A stretch of DNA of 64,000 nucleotides. It comes from Monocercomonoides exilis PA203. Its lineage: Eukaryota; Protista; Preaxostyla. The notes beneath the pieces were generated by a model that saw only the letters and a list, made by a program, of their open reading frames with translations, was not told the origin of the DNA and ran no database searches. Made by a program: the position numbers and the translations under genes. Numbering within the stretch: the stretch's first letter is position 1; the number at the start of each line of letters is the position of its first letter. The stretch spans positions 620,001-684,000 of the forward strand of contig LSRY02000046.1 in NCBI GenBank assembly GCA_001643675.2, read 5' to 3'. Of the stretch, positions 11,776 through 25,257 are shown piece after piece.

Positions 11776-13335
11776 ATGAACAAAGTGATTAGACCATTTA
11801 GCGCGCGAAGCGAATCATTATCAATGAACGTCACACATAATAGAGTTACAAGTGCCATTATGCATATGGAGACAAATCGAGAAAAAAGGAGTTTGAAGAA
11901 TCAAAAATTATATTTTTCAGAGATTCCTTCTGAAGATTCAATGAAAAATAAATTAATAAATGAAAATGAAAGAAAAATGAGCAAAAATGTTGTCGATATC
12001 AAGAAAGAAACAATTGAAGAAGATACATTGAAAAAAGATATCGAAAATGAAAAATTGTTTTCTGATGTTTTATTTGATAAAGAACCAATGAATGATGGAA
12101 TCATGAGACTTATTGCACACTTCATTGGAAGGTCTGTGGCCTACTCGACTAAATTTCCTTATGAACAATGGATAACAAAAGAAAAGGTAATTGCAAAGCC
12201 TGGATCACTAACAAGAGATTTGGCAGATGGTTTTCATGCATTGGGGTATGGATGCATTTCAGATCATACCTTGGGATGGGAGGACATAAACATTAAAGAA
12301 GGCAGAGAAGCCCAACCTTTATTTTCTCGTTGGTCTCCAAGAGATGCAAAAGAAAGTGATTTTGCAAATTCTATCGGACAATCAGTCTACTCACTATTCA
12401 AAATTATGTCTTCAAAAATGGGAATGACAGAAACAGAACTTCTTTTGATGATAGTGCTTTGCGAACGGGTGCTGACGAGCAGACTTAGTGATGTTGAGTT
12501 TGTTTTAAACGAGACGAATACGATGATGACTATTGTTACATGCTTTTTGATTGTTAACAAAGGGATAACAACAGACGTGCCATTTTCAAATGCTTATTGG
12601 TGCAGTCGATTTGGTATTGAGTTAAGAAATCTTTCTATTTCTGAACAGTTTATTCTCGAAAAAATTAAATGGAAGATTCAAATCAGCTACGATGAATGGA
12701 AATCTGCTCAAGTGCTGAAAGAACGCATAATGAAACGATGGACAGTCACCCCTCCTCACCCCACTCTTTCTACAGCAGATTTACAGCAGCATCCGCAATC
12801 GTCGTCGATGTCATCTTTTTCTTCATCCGCTTCATCTTCCACATCATCCACATTACCTTCATCATCATCTTCTTCATCTTTTTCTAATTCTTCCTCTTCT
12901 ACTAATTCATCATCTTCTTCCTCCTCCTCCTCCTCCTCATCATCATCACCCTCCTCCTCTTCCTCCTCTTTGCCCTCCTCCTCTTCCTCCACCTTATCTT
13001 CATTACCTTCTTCTTCATCATCTTCAACAACAACAACAACATCATTGTCATCATTTACAACAACAACAACAACAACTTCTTCTTCTTCGTCTTCCACTTC
13101 GTCTTCCACTTCGTCTTCCACTTCCTCTTTGCCTTCATCTTCCTCAATGTCTTCCTCTTCGTCATCGTCTTCTTTGTCTTTGTCTTCATCTTCATCTTCT
13201 TCCGCAATTCCAAAAAGAAGGAAAGAAACGATGCAAAGCACATCTCAGCCTATTGAAAAAAGAGAAATGAGAATCAGAACATCTCCTTCAAAAATACCTT
13301 TGACAAAGCCAAAAATGAAAGTCGCATTCAAGTAA
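11776..13335 (+). CDS. PHO80/Pcl-like (cyclin-U/P type) cyclin with a long Ser/Thr-rich C-terminal tail
   Basis: Cyclin-box segment LLMIVLCERV...NETNTMMTIVTCFLIVNKGITTDVPFSNAYWCSRFGIELRNLSISEQFILEKIKWKIQISYDEW fits the PHO80-type K..D..xSN..W...E..FL...W pattern. Confidence 0.7.
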   Translation: MNKVIRPFSARSESLSMNVTHNRVTSAIMHMETNREKRSLKNQKLYFSEIPSEDSMKNKLINENERKMSKNVVDIKKETIEEDTLKKDIENEKLFSDVLFDKEPMNDGIMRLIAHFIGRSVAYSTKFPYEQWITKEKVIAKPGSLTRDLADGFHALGYGCISDHTLGWEDINIKEGREAQPLFSRWSPRDAKESDFANSIGQSVYSLFKIMSSKMGMTETELLLMIVLCERVLTSRLSDVEFVLNETNTMMTIVTCFLIVNKGITTDVPFSNAYWCSRFGIELRNLSISEQFILEKIKWKIQISYDEWKSAQVLKERIMKRWTVTPPHPTLSTADLQQHPQSSSMSSFSSSASSSTSSTLPSSSSSSSFSNSSSSTNSSSSSSSSSSSSSSPSSSSSSLPSSSSSTLSSLPSSSSSSTTTTTSLSSFTTTTTTTSSSSSSTSSSTSSSTSSLPSSSSMSSSSSSSSLSLSSSSSSSAIPKRRKETMQSTSQPIEKREMRIRTSPSKIPLTKPKMKVAFK

Positions 13336-16173
13336 TTGAAGCTTCCCCCAAAAATAATAAAATTGTCCACATTTGAGTGTTTTCTTTGGAGATCTAAAAA
13401 AAATTGGTATTTAAAGAGGCAATTTTTGAATGAACAAAATATTTTGTTTGAAACCAGTTGTTTAGAAATTTGCATTCAATTTGCTTTTTCGGTGGCGGAA
13501 TCATGCTGCAACGTCTATCAAAAAAGCATTGTGCAAATCGCAATAACAAGAAATCAATCACCAAAAAAGAAAAAATATGTAGTTTTTCTGTTATTCGTTT
13601 TCAACATCCTTGGATTCTTTTCTTTCTCGTTCTCTCTTAATTTTTTTCAAATTTTTATTTCTTTTATTTCCAATTTTTAATTTATTTCTTTAAATCATTT
13701 TCGAATTATTGCGATTTCATAGATGTGTGAGGGCAAATATTGCCATTGCCTCTTTGGTCTTTGATTTTCAATAAAATATAGCTTTTTTTTTATTTTTTTC
13801 CTTTTTCATTTGTTTGTTAACATTTCATTTTTTGTTTCATTGATTCTTCTTTTTTAGTTAACTTTCTTAATTTTTTCCCCATCCTCCCCCCAAAAAGAGC
13901 TATTTCCGAAGTAGAGAATCACATAGATTTAACTTTTCACTCTTAAATCTGTTTTTTTTTGTAATTTTTATTAACTTTGAAACCCTTTTTGAATTTTACA
14001 TTTTCATTTTTATCTTATTTTGTTTGTTCTTCTGAATAGTAATTCACATTTTTCCTTTTATTTTGTTTGTTGACGATGAACTTTCATAATTATTGCAACT
14101 GTTTTTCCGATTTTAAGTGCAAAGTTATTCTTTTGAGTTATTTCAACTCTGTTTTTTTTAGTTATCAGCAACCTACTCAACTTCTGCCTTCAATCACCTC
14201 TTACAGCACTCCAGAATTGCAGCCAGTCAGCCATGCCTCGAATTGATTGAGAGCCACAATTGACTCTCAATGGATCACATTTTGTGAACAAGATAACCGC
14301 ATATGAGCCTGTATTTACGAATATTGCGATATGAATTGAAGCTACTAATCGAACATTGAATGATTATTTGTAGCAAAGTTAAACATTATGAGCAATTATG
14401 CTAATGAAATTGAAATCTTCTACAAGCGTGCCAGAAAAGAAATATCTAAGTGATTGATTCAAAATTTCATGTTACTTTAACTCAGACATGTTGTTTACTG
14501 CTGCTAAATGAACATCAATTTACTTGTACTTACGAATAAATACGTTAGAATATATTAAATACTATTTTAAATATTGCAAGATGGACTTTGGACGATTAAT
14601 CTTGGATTCGTGAATTATGAAGCATATTTTTTGACGAATGATTGGGAATTTGTAAGATCTTGTCAGTTCTTATTACTTCTGAGCTTGCAAAGATCAGATA
14701 ACGCAAAAAATCCAACGAAAAATAGAATGGAATTTACATTATTGGAATATGTTTACAGTTGCAAAAAAGCTTTCACTTGCAGAAAAGGAACTCCTTTTTA
14801 AAGATTGAAAGGAGAAATTGTATTTATGACGGCAGGGTTGGAATTTAGCATTGACTGAAGGATTTGAAGACGAAAAAACGATGAATTAAAGAAGAGATTA
14901 AAATGAAGATAAATGCTAGAGATTCATTCATTTACTTCATTTTTCATTAAAAGGATGACTGAATTAATTAGAAAAGCTGCATTTCAGGAAAAGGCAGGGA
15001 TTGTTAAATATTGAAATGGATTTTTTAAACGTTCTGTACATGTAAAATTGTTGACTCTTTAACATCTTTTACAAACAGTTGCTTTTCGAATTTTTTGACA
15101 TTTTCTTTTCCAGAATCTCATGAATTGAAAATTCTTAATTTCTGTCAAATTTTTGATTTTAGAATTGATTTTTCTTATCATTGATTGTATTTCAAAGGAA
15201 TGCTTTGCGCAAATAACAAAATTGCCAAAAACATTCTTTCCGTTTTCATAATGTTAGATTATATGTTTGTTTGATTTTGCCTTCCATTTGATTTAATTAA
15301 TAAAAACGAGTTTTATTTTATAGATGTTTAATTTTGAAACAAAACAATTTTTTTCACATCAATAATAAAATTCAAAAATCATTTTCAATTTTTCCATTTT
15401 TACTTTTTCGTTCACTTTTCTTCTCTTTCTTTTCTTATTGCTTTAACGACTCAAACACTAAATATTTTTCACAGAAATTTCATCATATGTGAAAGAGAAT
15501 GACACTTTCATATGTGATGATGTGTGGTTGACAATATTGATGAAAATGTGAATTTTTGGATGCAAATGAGAAACAAATTCAGATAGGAAATGAACGTTAT
15601 TTAGATGTTGTTAATTATGATGAAGACAATTTTTTGTTTTTGAGTTCAAGAAGTCAAAAGAATAGAATATCCACGATTCGATAATTTTTGTGATTCTGAA
15701 AAGTTCCTAAATTTGTGAAATACATTTATTTTTTGAAAAGACTTATTTATGAATATTCAGACATTTTAAATATTCAAGATGAAAGAGTTCAAAAAGTGCG
15801 AGAATATTGTTGATGAAAAAAGAGATAAAAAAAAAAGAAAAAAAGAAAAATCAAATAAACAAAACATAAAACAAGTTATTTTTATAGAAAAATATTTAAC
15901 AAATAAAAAAAAATTCAGATTCTGTTTTGTAAAAAATTGGAATTTAGAAATATATCTGATAATAATAATATCAACAAAATACAGAAGAAAGTTTGAAAAA
16001 AAGAATTTCTATAAAAAAAGCAAATAACAATATTAAACTGTCCAATCTGCATTAATCTTATCATCTTATATACATATCAACTATTCCCAGCATCGACAGG
16101 AAATCGACAAGTTTTAAGAATCGAACTTTTTTTATCATTTCGATTTTGTTTCATTCATCTTTTCATTTATGAT

Positions 16174-17736
16174 TTATTGAATCACAATATACTCGTGAGG
16201 CATATTAGTTCTAACGAGTGTGTATTTGTCAAAGACTGCTTTATAAAAACTGATAACAATATCGTCATATCCTTCTTCTTCTAACTTTGCACATATCTGT
16301 CTTTTCAGTAATTTATAACTTGTTTCGATACTCTTCATTCGAACATCTTGATTCAAAAAGCTTGCAAAGATTCGAAATGAAATTCTGCAGTATTCAACTG
16401 CTTCGTCTTCCAGTGTTTGTTGTGTTATTTCTTCCAAAAAAATATCCACTGCTCCACCTCTCCACAAATAATCAAATGGTTTTTTATAGGAACAATTTAT
16501 AGATTCCTTCAAAAGATGGATGCATCTATTGTGAATTCTTCTGTAGTTAACCTTTGTTGCTCTGCACAACCTTGCAACACATGCAATCAATCCAACATTT
16601 TCTTCATTTTTCGATGTAAAGCGATAGAAATACTCAACGAGAGTGTCAAGCCATCTCATTATTAAGAACGGTTCTTTCATTGTGTTCAATTCTTTTTCAT
16701 TTTTCATCCAATTTACACATCTCGTAAGTTTTTCTATTTCTCCTTTCATTTCTGTAACGAAATGAAGCTCATTTACAATCTCATTTTCAAAACCTTCAGT
16801 ATAAGTGACTCTATTGATAAAAAATCTCCAAGCAGATTGATAGGCAAGTTGTGTTAGATTTTGATGTTCCTGATGATATTTGATGATTTTCTTAATCTTA
16901 TCGAAATAAAGATCTTTTTCAATTTTCTATTTCAATGTTTAAGCAACAACAGACAAATGGAACGAAACAAATTAATTAACAAATAAATCATACCGTAAAT
17001 GAACTAAAGTTGCTCAAAGCTAACAACGCCATTTCCACTTCTTTTTGAACTTCCTCATTTTCCTCTTTGTTCACTGCAACTTTTAAAAGATTGACAACAC
17101 AAATCGAATTTATTTCTTTTTTCGCATTATAATCCTCAAGTAATTGGCAGCATTCACACAGATCAACAATTAATTTTTCATCCTTTTCTTCTTGTTTCTG
17201 TTCATTTTTAATCATCTCTATAAAACTCTGCGATAAAGAAGAGTTTGAAACACTCGAATTAGATATCATTTTAAACAAATTGCTATGCCCAATACTCTTC
17301 AACAATAAAATGGCATTATCGATAGATAATTTCTTTTCTTTGATCATATCGTTAATTTCATCAAACAAAGCTCTACTAATAACAGTTGTCTGTTCACTCT
17401 CGCTCATTCCCTCTATCAGGCCTTTCATTTCAATAATTTTTCGCTTTTGAGAATGTGAAGAACAGCTGCCTAGTTCATTGAATATTTCTTTTGAAAATAA
17501 ATTAGATAATTCCAACATTACATAAAATGTCAAATATTAACAAACCTGAAAACTTTTCAGCAAATGATGGCTTTTGCTTTTTTGCACAATTTTCATCTTT
17601 TGAAGGCTGTGTTTATCAATTATATAAAATTGCGTAATTAATTAAAAATTTATCATAAGACGCATTTCAACGAAAATAACAAAACTCTTTTCGAATTTTT
17701 GAATGCTTCAGCCGGAAAAGACAACATAAAGTTCAT
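16174..17736 (-). CDS. Member of an expanded lineage-specific alpha-helical hypothetical protein family (multi-exon)
   Basis: ORFs 16988..17533 and 16174..16749 are joined across a short intron. Shares KEVEMALLALS and IIKYHQEHQNLTQLAYQSAWRF motifs with the paralog at 63081-64000. The 5' exons are approximate. Confidence 0.7.
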
Positions 17737-18375
17737 TTATTTAGATTTAATTTTTATTGAATGTGAACAATAATAATATTATGGAAATTATCAAATAGGT
17801 ACGAAAACTTGATGCACCATTTCATTTCTTTTTTCTTTATTCATTTGATTTCATCAGGTTTTAATATCTTGATTTTTGAAGCAATTGCAAACTTCATCAT
17901 GATGAACTCATTTCACAATACGTATATTTTCTTTAGAAACATTTCTTTTTTAAAAAAAAATAAGATGGGCTAATAGTTGGTTTGGACGCTACTCTTTTAA
18001 CTTAAAATAGATTTTTTTAAAAATCATTGTTGAAGGAGTATTCTTTAAAAGTTGTTTGCAGCATTATTATTGAACAGTTCAACAAAAAACTTTGTCAAAA
18101 CGAAACAAAAATTTCAAAAAGCATAAATAGGAATTATAAATTAAGCAAATGCTCACCAAACACTAATGCTCCTCTATTTCATAAAATTAGTTCAAAACAT
18201 AAATGCGAAATACCTACATGGAGTTTTGAACGTATTAGACTAACATTTAAATGTTGATTTTCAATATATCAAAATGGATGCACAAGCCACTTGAAAACAT
18301 AAGCACAAAAGAGAATGAAACAATTCCATGTGATTTTCATGTTTGTATTTGAAAAGGTTTAGCAGAAGAATCCAC

Positions 18376-21300
18376 TCAAGGAGGATGGTAAAATTCCTTC
18401 ACAAATGCATTCAACCGCTCATTGTGCAGACTATTCGCTGAATGTGCATGTGTTTTGACATTCGGCTTTTGAGGCAAGGCATTTTGTGCAAAGCACGAAG
18501 CGATGCCATCTTTTGAGCCAAAAACACTATTTTTGTGTGTTTGGTAACTAATGCCCTCATTAAGATCTTTTCCTTCTCCTTTCCCAACTGAACTGCCCTT
18601 GCAAAACGCTCCATCTTCCGCACATTCCGACTCTGCAAACATTCCATCACCTTCTTTTGTTTCATCATTTTCATCTCCTTCATCGTCTTCCCCTTCATCT
18701 CCCTCCTCACTTTCCTCGCTTATCTCTTCAGACTCGTCCTCTTCCGCCATCCGACACTCCGATCTGTTTGGCACCAGCTCCTTCACTCGCCTGAGAAATA
18801 TCACGTCGATCTGCTCCGCAGTTCTCCTCCACGTGAAAATCGGTGACTCCAAAAAGTTCTCCAGCGCCTCGACTCTTTCCTCAATGCAGAACACTTCTCT
18901 GATCGCTATGCAGTCCAGCAGCTTTCTCCCGTCAAACGCTGAAGAAGATGAAAACACACCCGCCGCCTCTGCTGGCGATCCGAGGACAGTTCTGTGCACG
19001 TCGCGGATGAGCAGCCGCTTCAGACACGAAAGCGCGTGGTAGATTGGGTCGCGCTCCACATCCAGAATTATCATTGACGGGATGGTCAGCTTGTGGAGGG
19101 AGGGGCTGGCTTGAGGCGGATTGATGCTTGCTGATTGCTCAGCAGCAGATTCATTGGATGAGTTTGATTGAATTTGTGAAGTCACTTCTGTCCGTTCATC
19201 AGAAGGAGAGGTGTTTCTTGTTCCACGTTTTGTCCCCTTTGCACTGCTCAGCTCTCTTTCCACCTCAGAAATACGAGCAGTCTCCAAAACAAGCATGTCC
19301 AGCAGCGCAGCAGTAGCGTGGCTTTCTATCAGCTTGTTGATGACAGGCAAAGTGCCTGTGATCAGATTGGAGAAAAGACGAATGATGCTTTTTTTGATTT
19401 CCCAGTCTGTTGCACTCAGCCCAAGAGGAAGTGGTGGGTGACTATGTGGACTGGAACGTGAGTCTTTGGAGGAGGAGGAGGAGGAGGAGGAAAAAGAATT
19501 TGATGATTTTTGATTTTTTCGAAGCAATTTATCATCTGAATCCATTTCACCGTTTTCTCTATTGTTATATTCACAATCATAATCTTCTTCCTCTTCCTCC
19601 TCTTTATAAGAATACTGTCTGTCATCATCATCTTCTTCTCCTCCTTCCTCCTCCTCCTCCTCTCCCTCCTCTTCTTCCTCTTCTTCATTATCCACCGGAT
19701 TTGGCACCCATGTCCCGTCCCAGTCATCCACAAGCAGTCTGCAGCATGTGCCAATCAGCCCCGGTGTCTCCACAATCTTCTGCCTCCCTTCGTCTTCTGT
19801 CGCGATGTTCGACAGCGCAAACAGTGCTTCATTCACAATGTGCCTTTTGAACGCGAACAGCGCGGAGTGCAGGCGGGTGAGTGCGTACGACTGGCAGATG
19901 AATGATGTGAAGCTCGTGTTGTCGTCCATCGCCATATTCCCCACAAGATACACATACTCATACAGCTGCTTGCTGCTCTGGATGTAGGCTGAGCTGCGGT
20001 CGATGACTGTGAATGGAGCTTGGAACTGAAGAGCGGTGCGCTGTGTGGCTGAAAACTCAGAAACAGAAATTAGGATTTTGCATAAAAGCTGTTGGAGTGT
20101 AATGAGAGAGATGAATAGAAAATTAAAGATAATGAGAAAGAAAAATATTTAAATTTAGAAACTTTCGTTAAAGAAATGCAAAATAGCAAAAAAAAAAAAA
20201 ATATTATTCAAAATCGAAAAAACAAATTGAAAGTTCAATTCATTCACTTCAATTTATTTCAAAATCTTCAATTATCTCAGCAAACTTCTTGAATAGAATG
20301 AGAAACTGTTCCTATTCTTGACAGAAACTCCAGGCCATCCACTTGCAACTGCTTCAAGTCATCTTTCCCGAGCTCTGAAACATAACCTCTGCTGATGTCT
20401 CTATCATCTCCCATTGCTTCTTCTTCTTCCACTCCTGTTTCTGCCACCAAACACCCGTCTTTCATTCTCCCCTGCTGTTTTACCTCTGTCTGCTGGCAAA
20501 ATGCCTCCCGAAGCTCCGTTTCAGCGAAGCTCTGCCCCAACAGCATCACAACAGAGACAGGTGCGACCAGCTTTTCGAGCACTGGAAAATAAACAGACGG
20601 ATCAAACTGAGACTTCTGGCATTGACTGTCAAAAGAAGAACTGACTGTTCCATTTTTGGCAGATGCATGTGACGAACATGAGCTTGCAGACGAAGAAGTA
20701 GCATTTGTATTTCCTTCAGTTGAACAACTTGCAATAGAAGAATTCAACTGCTCTGCTCTTTCGCTCGTTCTACTGTCTTCTTCTATATCCATCCCAATAC
20801 CATCTTCATAAATCTTTTCTCTTTCATTTTTTTCATCAATCTTTTCACTTTTTCCAGTGCTGTTATCATTTTGTCTGCCACTTGACCCTATTGCAATATC
20901 ACCTTCTTCTTCTTCATCGTCATCATCGTCCCAATCATTCAGCGCTTGAAGCTGCAGCTGCGTCGAGCTAAACAGCAGAGACAGACAACAAAGCAACGAC
21001 ACCACCTGGCAGTGGATCTTAAACGGATAGCTCTGCTTTTGATGAGCGGAGTAGTAAACAATCTGGACTGAGTTCGATTTCCTGTTTGCTGCTGGAAACG
21101 CTTGGTTGGGCAGTGAGATGAGTTCAGTTTGGTTGCCGGCACGCCCCGGTGGATAAGGCGGAATGAAGGTTGTGCATGTTTTTGGAGCACATACAGTCGA
21201 GAGAATACTCAGCGCATTTTCGAGTGCTCCACCGCGAATGAACTCGCGGCATACATTTACATGTGTACAGGAAATCGTGATCATCGTCCAAAGGCACTAA

Positions 21301-22220
21301 AAAAGCAAGTAACAGCACAGAAAATGAATCATTTTTAATAATGATAAACCAAATCGAAAATATGAATGTAAAAAAATTGAAAATTAAAATACCAGTCATT
21401 TCACAGATAATTCATAGAAAATAACGTTTCAGATATTTAGAAAAGGCTATGTTTGGTAACACACCTGAGACAACAGTATCTTGTTCTGATGTGGATAAAA
21501 TTGATATAAAATTGGCTTCACAATGCCAGAGTGTATGATCAGCCTTTCCTGCTTAACGGTAGCTCCACAAACTAAATTCGTTCAATATTCGCAAATTTAT
21601 AATAAAAATTGCATTCAAAGCATAATTAGAAATTTCTAAAATGAAAATTTCCTGTTTATTCACACTCATGTTGTTGATAATCCATAAAATGTCATACTAA
21701 AAGAGATTTTTATTTTATTTACACTATTTTATCAACGAAAGTTTCAAACTATTTGTTGCTTATCACCTGTTGACAGAAGAAAAGGAAAAACATTTAATAT
21801 GCCAGATTCAATGTATGGTCCGGCTGACATCTTGTGATTGTTGGACAAATCTATGAGCGTGTCCAAAATTGCTTCTGCTTTACTTGCTTCAGAGTCAGAC
21901 ATTAACTTTTGCACGTTGATGAGACTTTTTTCAATAAATTTCTTTTGTCAACATTAAAGCAAAAATAAAAAATAAAAAAATTCAAAAAACTCATTAAATG
22001 TTCAAACTACGTTTGAAAAGCATCTTTCTTTGTCGAAAGAAAATTTTGCTCTGCGCCTAGAATGCAAAAATGTTGTTTGACGTTTTTTTCTTAAATGAAT
22101 TGTTGTTCGCCCTTGAGAATTTTTTATCCTTTGGTCAGATATTTCTCTTTGATATGAAGAATATCTATTCTGTGTACGTTTTTCTCGATCCCATTCAAAT
22201 TGAATTGAAGGATCAAGCAT
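18376..22220 (-). CDS. Armadillo-repeat protein, importin-alpha-like, divergent with acidic and Ser-rich insertions; multi-exon
   Basis: Basic N-terminal segment RIKNSQGRTTIHLRKKRQTTFLHSRRR resembles an IBB domain. ARM-like motifs include FIRGGALENAL, YLVGNMA, VNEALFALSNIATE and IKKSIIRLFSNLITG. ORFs 22002..22325, 20277..21284 and 18376..19953 are separated by GT-AG introns. Confidence 0.55.
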
Positions 22221-22323
22221 ATATGCTGTAGGTTTGGGAAGATCAGCAAAATTTTTTTTACGTTTTTTCTCATTGCTAAGGAAAAACATTAAGGAGGATA
22301 CTTTCTTTACAAAACATTGAAAC

Positions 22324-24277
22324 ATGATAATTGCTCTCCGATATTTTCTGTTATTTCTTTGTGCAAAGTTTGCATCTGCAGATTTGTTGTCGGTTCATGT
22401 AATTACTCGTCATGGTGTGCATTTGAAAATATGCAAAAGTTTTTCAATTACAATTTCCTTATTTAAAATGTACAATTAATTTAGGAGATAAAAATCCAGC
22501 ATATGAATTGCCTGTTTGACAATCTTAATTTTTTTCGATGTTTAGGATAAATTTAACAACAAAATAAAATATGTGCTTTTTGTTTTTTCAGTACAGCGAC
22601 AAGATACCGTATAACGGAGAATTGCTTCGAACAGGAAAACAACGCCTTGCGAATATTGGAGAAACTATGAGAAAATTGTATTTAAATAACACTCCAATTC
22701 CAGATCATTTCGAGGATGGAAAGTTCTATTTCCGTTCAACACCATATTCGAGAACAAAAGAATCACTTCTTTCATACACATATGGTTTTTTCCCTCCAGG
22801 AACAGGACCAAAATTGAACGAAAAATTTGTTTTCCCTGAAGGAATACAGCCAATTCCGATTCATAGTGTGGATGAAAATTCTGAGACTCTTCTTCTTGGC
22901 TGCTCATTTTGGTTTGCTTTGACATCATTATCAACTTACTTGATTTTTTATGCTTAATTTCAATCCCCCCCCCCATTTCCATTCTTATGTGAAAATACTT
23001 TTCTTTTAAACAGTCCAAATTCTCTAAAGGCAGCTGTTGATCAATTTTCAACGCCAGAGTTTAAGACATTCTGGAACAATAACAAAGACACATTTAATGA
23101 AATTTTTGATCTTGTGGGAGTACATCCTGAAGGGCTGCACATTCTGGATATTATGGATTCAGTAAAATCAGTGATTTTATCGCAGTTTGTCCTGTTGTTT
23201 TTTTCTCTTTCTATTTTATGAGGAAATCTTTTCTTTTTTTCTTTATTTTTTGTACGAACTTTAATGCATTTGGTACACAAATTAATTGACAATATTTCCA
23301 TATGTTAAGAGATCCAAAATACCCTTTGCCCGAAAAAATGACAGATGAGCTTGCAAATAAGGCAAAATCGCTTTCAAATCAACGTTTGTTTCCGATTTAA
23401 AGTCAAAGATTTCGATAAGATTCGCTTTCTTCATTTTTATGAATATAACATCTACAATGGCCGGTCGAAAATAATTGCACATTCAATAAATTTAATTGAA
23501 TCTCATTCAAAAATTTTCTTCATTTGATTTTTTTTTTTCATTATTCGCATTGCATCAAACCGAAATTGTACAGTGATGAAAATTGTATTGCCCACTTGGG
23601 ATAAGGAATACTGCAAAGCAGCCAGTGGGAAGATCGCAAATGAAGTTTGTTATTGAGAAGAGCATTTTTTCCCCTCTGTGTTGTTATTTTATCTGAATGA
23701 AATCGATTTTTAACTTTTTATTTGAAACCTTTTTGTAATATGTTTACAGAAGTGTATTGAGTGGATTCGCTTTTTGTTCGGAATATATGAATTTTCATTT
23801 GAACGAAAAAAGAAATTTTTTTTGCTTTGAACATTTAAGTTTTCTATTTATCCCTTTCTCAATCACACTTTCATTGTTATTTTTTCCTATTTATTTATTT
23901 ATTTATTTATTTGTTTGTTTTATTATTCTTCAATCATCAGATATTCTTCACCAACATGAACTCAGACATATATTCCCTGAACAAAGACAAAAATGCCATT
24001 GTTCCCAGATATCGCCATTATTCTTGTCACGACCTGTCGCTTTTGGCGATTTCAGGATGTTTTGGGTTGGACATGAAGGAGAATGACATATTCCCTGAAT
24101 ACGCATCTCTTCTTGTAGTTGAAGCACATACAGATAATGAACATAACTTGTCGGTTTGTCGAAAGAAAAAAGAAAACAAAGATAATCAAAAATTTTATAA
24201 AAAATTGTTTTTCTTTCCTTTCCTATTTTTTTTTTTTTTTTTTTTTTTTTTTTATTTATTATCTATGAATGTTTCTC

Positions 24278-24326
<49 letters not shown>

Positions 24327-24773
24327 TTTGATGATTGTTTTTGCAAAGAATCCACAAATTGTATTTAAATATGAGTTTAATCCTCCACTCGACGGAGCCA
24401 TCAAACTCACAGAATTCGTTCCATCTTTCTGTGACAGCAAAAAGAAATGCGATCTTCAGGTGTGATTTTATGATTTTTTAAAAAGCCAAAAGTAAAAAAA
24501 AATAAATGGATTTTTTATTATTTCTTTCATTTTTAATGAAATTTCAATCATCAGACATTACAATCATATTGGAAGGATGTTTCAAACGCAATAAAATCCA
24601 ACGATTGGGACACATCCATTTGTGGTTTCCAAACACGTCCGCCTCCCAGCAAAAGCAACTCGTCTTATCTGATCGTTGGCTTTATTGTTCTTGCCGTGTC
24701 ATTTGTACTCTGCTTGGTTGCCATTGCACTGGTTATGATTAGACGATACAAGCATTCAAAGAGATGTTGTTGA
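22324..24773 (+). CDS. Histidine acid phosphatase (clade 2, lysosomal acid phosphatase-like) with signal peptide and C-terminal TM helix; many introns
   Basis: MIIALRYFLLFLCAKFASA signal peptide; RH|GDKNP across intron 1; FYFRSTPYSRTKES; IPIHSV; YSCHD acid/base motif; PEYASLLVVE; C-terminal TM LIVGFIVLAVSFVLCLVAIALVMI followed by RRYK. Confidence 0.85.
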
Positions 24774-25257
24774 TAAAAGTCCAAAGAAAAAAAAAATTTT
24801 TTTTTTGAGAAAGTTATTTTATTTGTTGTTCATAGTCGACAGCCTTGCTGTTGCGGATATTTGTGAAGTTTGGAAAGTCTCATTTTTTCCAATAGAGTGT
24901 TTAGAAGTAATTAAAAAGAGAGCAAATTATGTAAATCATAAAAAAGATTTTCGTTGAAAATCTTCACGTTCATAATAAATGTTCTGTATATTGATTTATC
25001 TATTTAATATACCTATTATTTTGTTTCTTTCAAAGTTTGTAATTGAATGAGCATTTTTTTTAAAGTATTTTTTCAATTTGAAATATTCAAATAAATATTT
25101 ATCATTTTTGAAAAATTGTGAAATAATATTGGATCCATGCTCTTTTAACTTGTCACACATTTATATGATGTCCAAAAGAAAAGATTAATACTCTTTTAAG
25201 AATTACAAAATTGAAATACCATAATATTTTATTTCAAGAATTGTATTTCATATTTTG

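Noticed and set aside
12756-13241. Glu/Asp-rich antisense ORF, and similar ones at 26261, 43690 and 48049 plus the His-rich ORF at 26881
   Set aside because: These are shadow frames of poly-Ser codon repeats in real genes.
14160-14900. Slightly GC-richer, coding-like stretch with many stops
   Set aside because: Possibly a pseudogene remnant, but I could not recognise any homology to support a call.
15617-15699. ATGATGA...CTGA spaced like a box C/D snoRNA
   Set aside because: No terminal stem or recognisable rRNA antisense element; such motifs arise by chance in AT-rich DNA.
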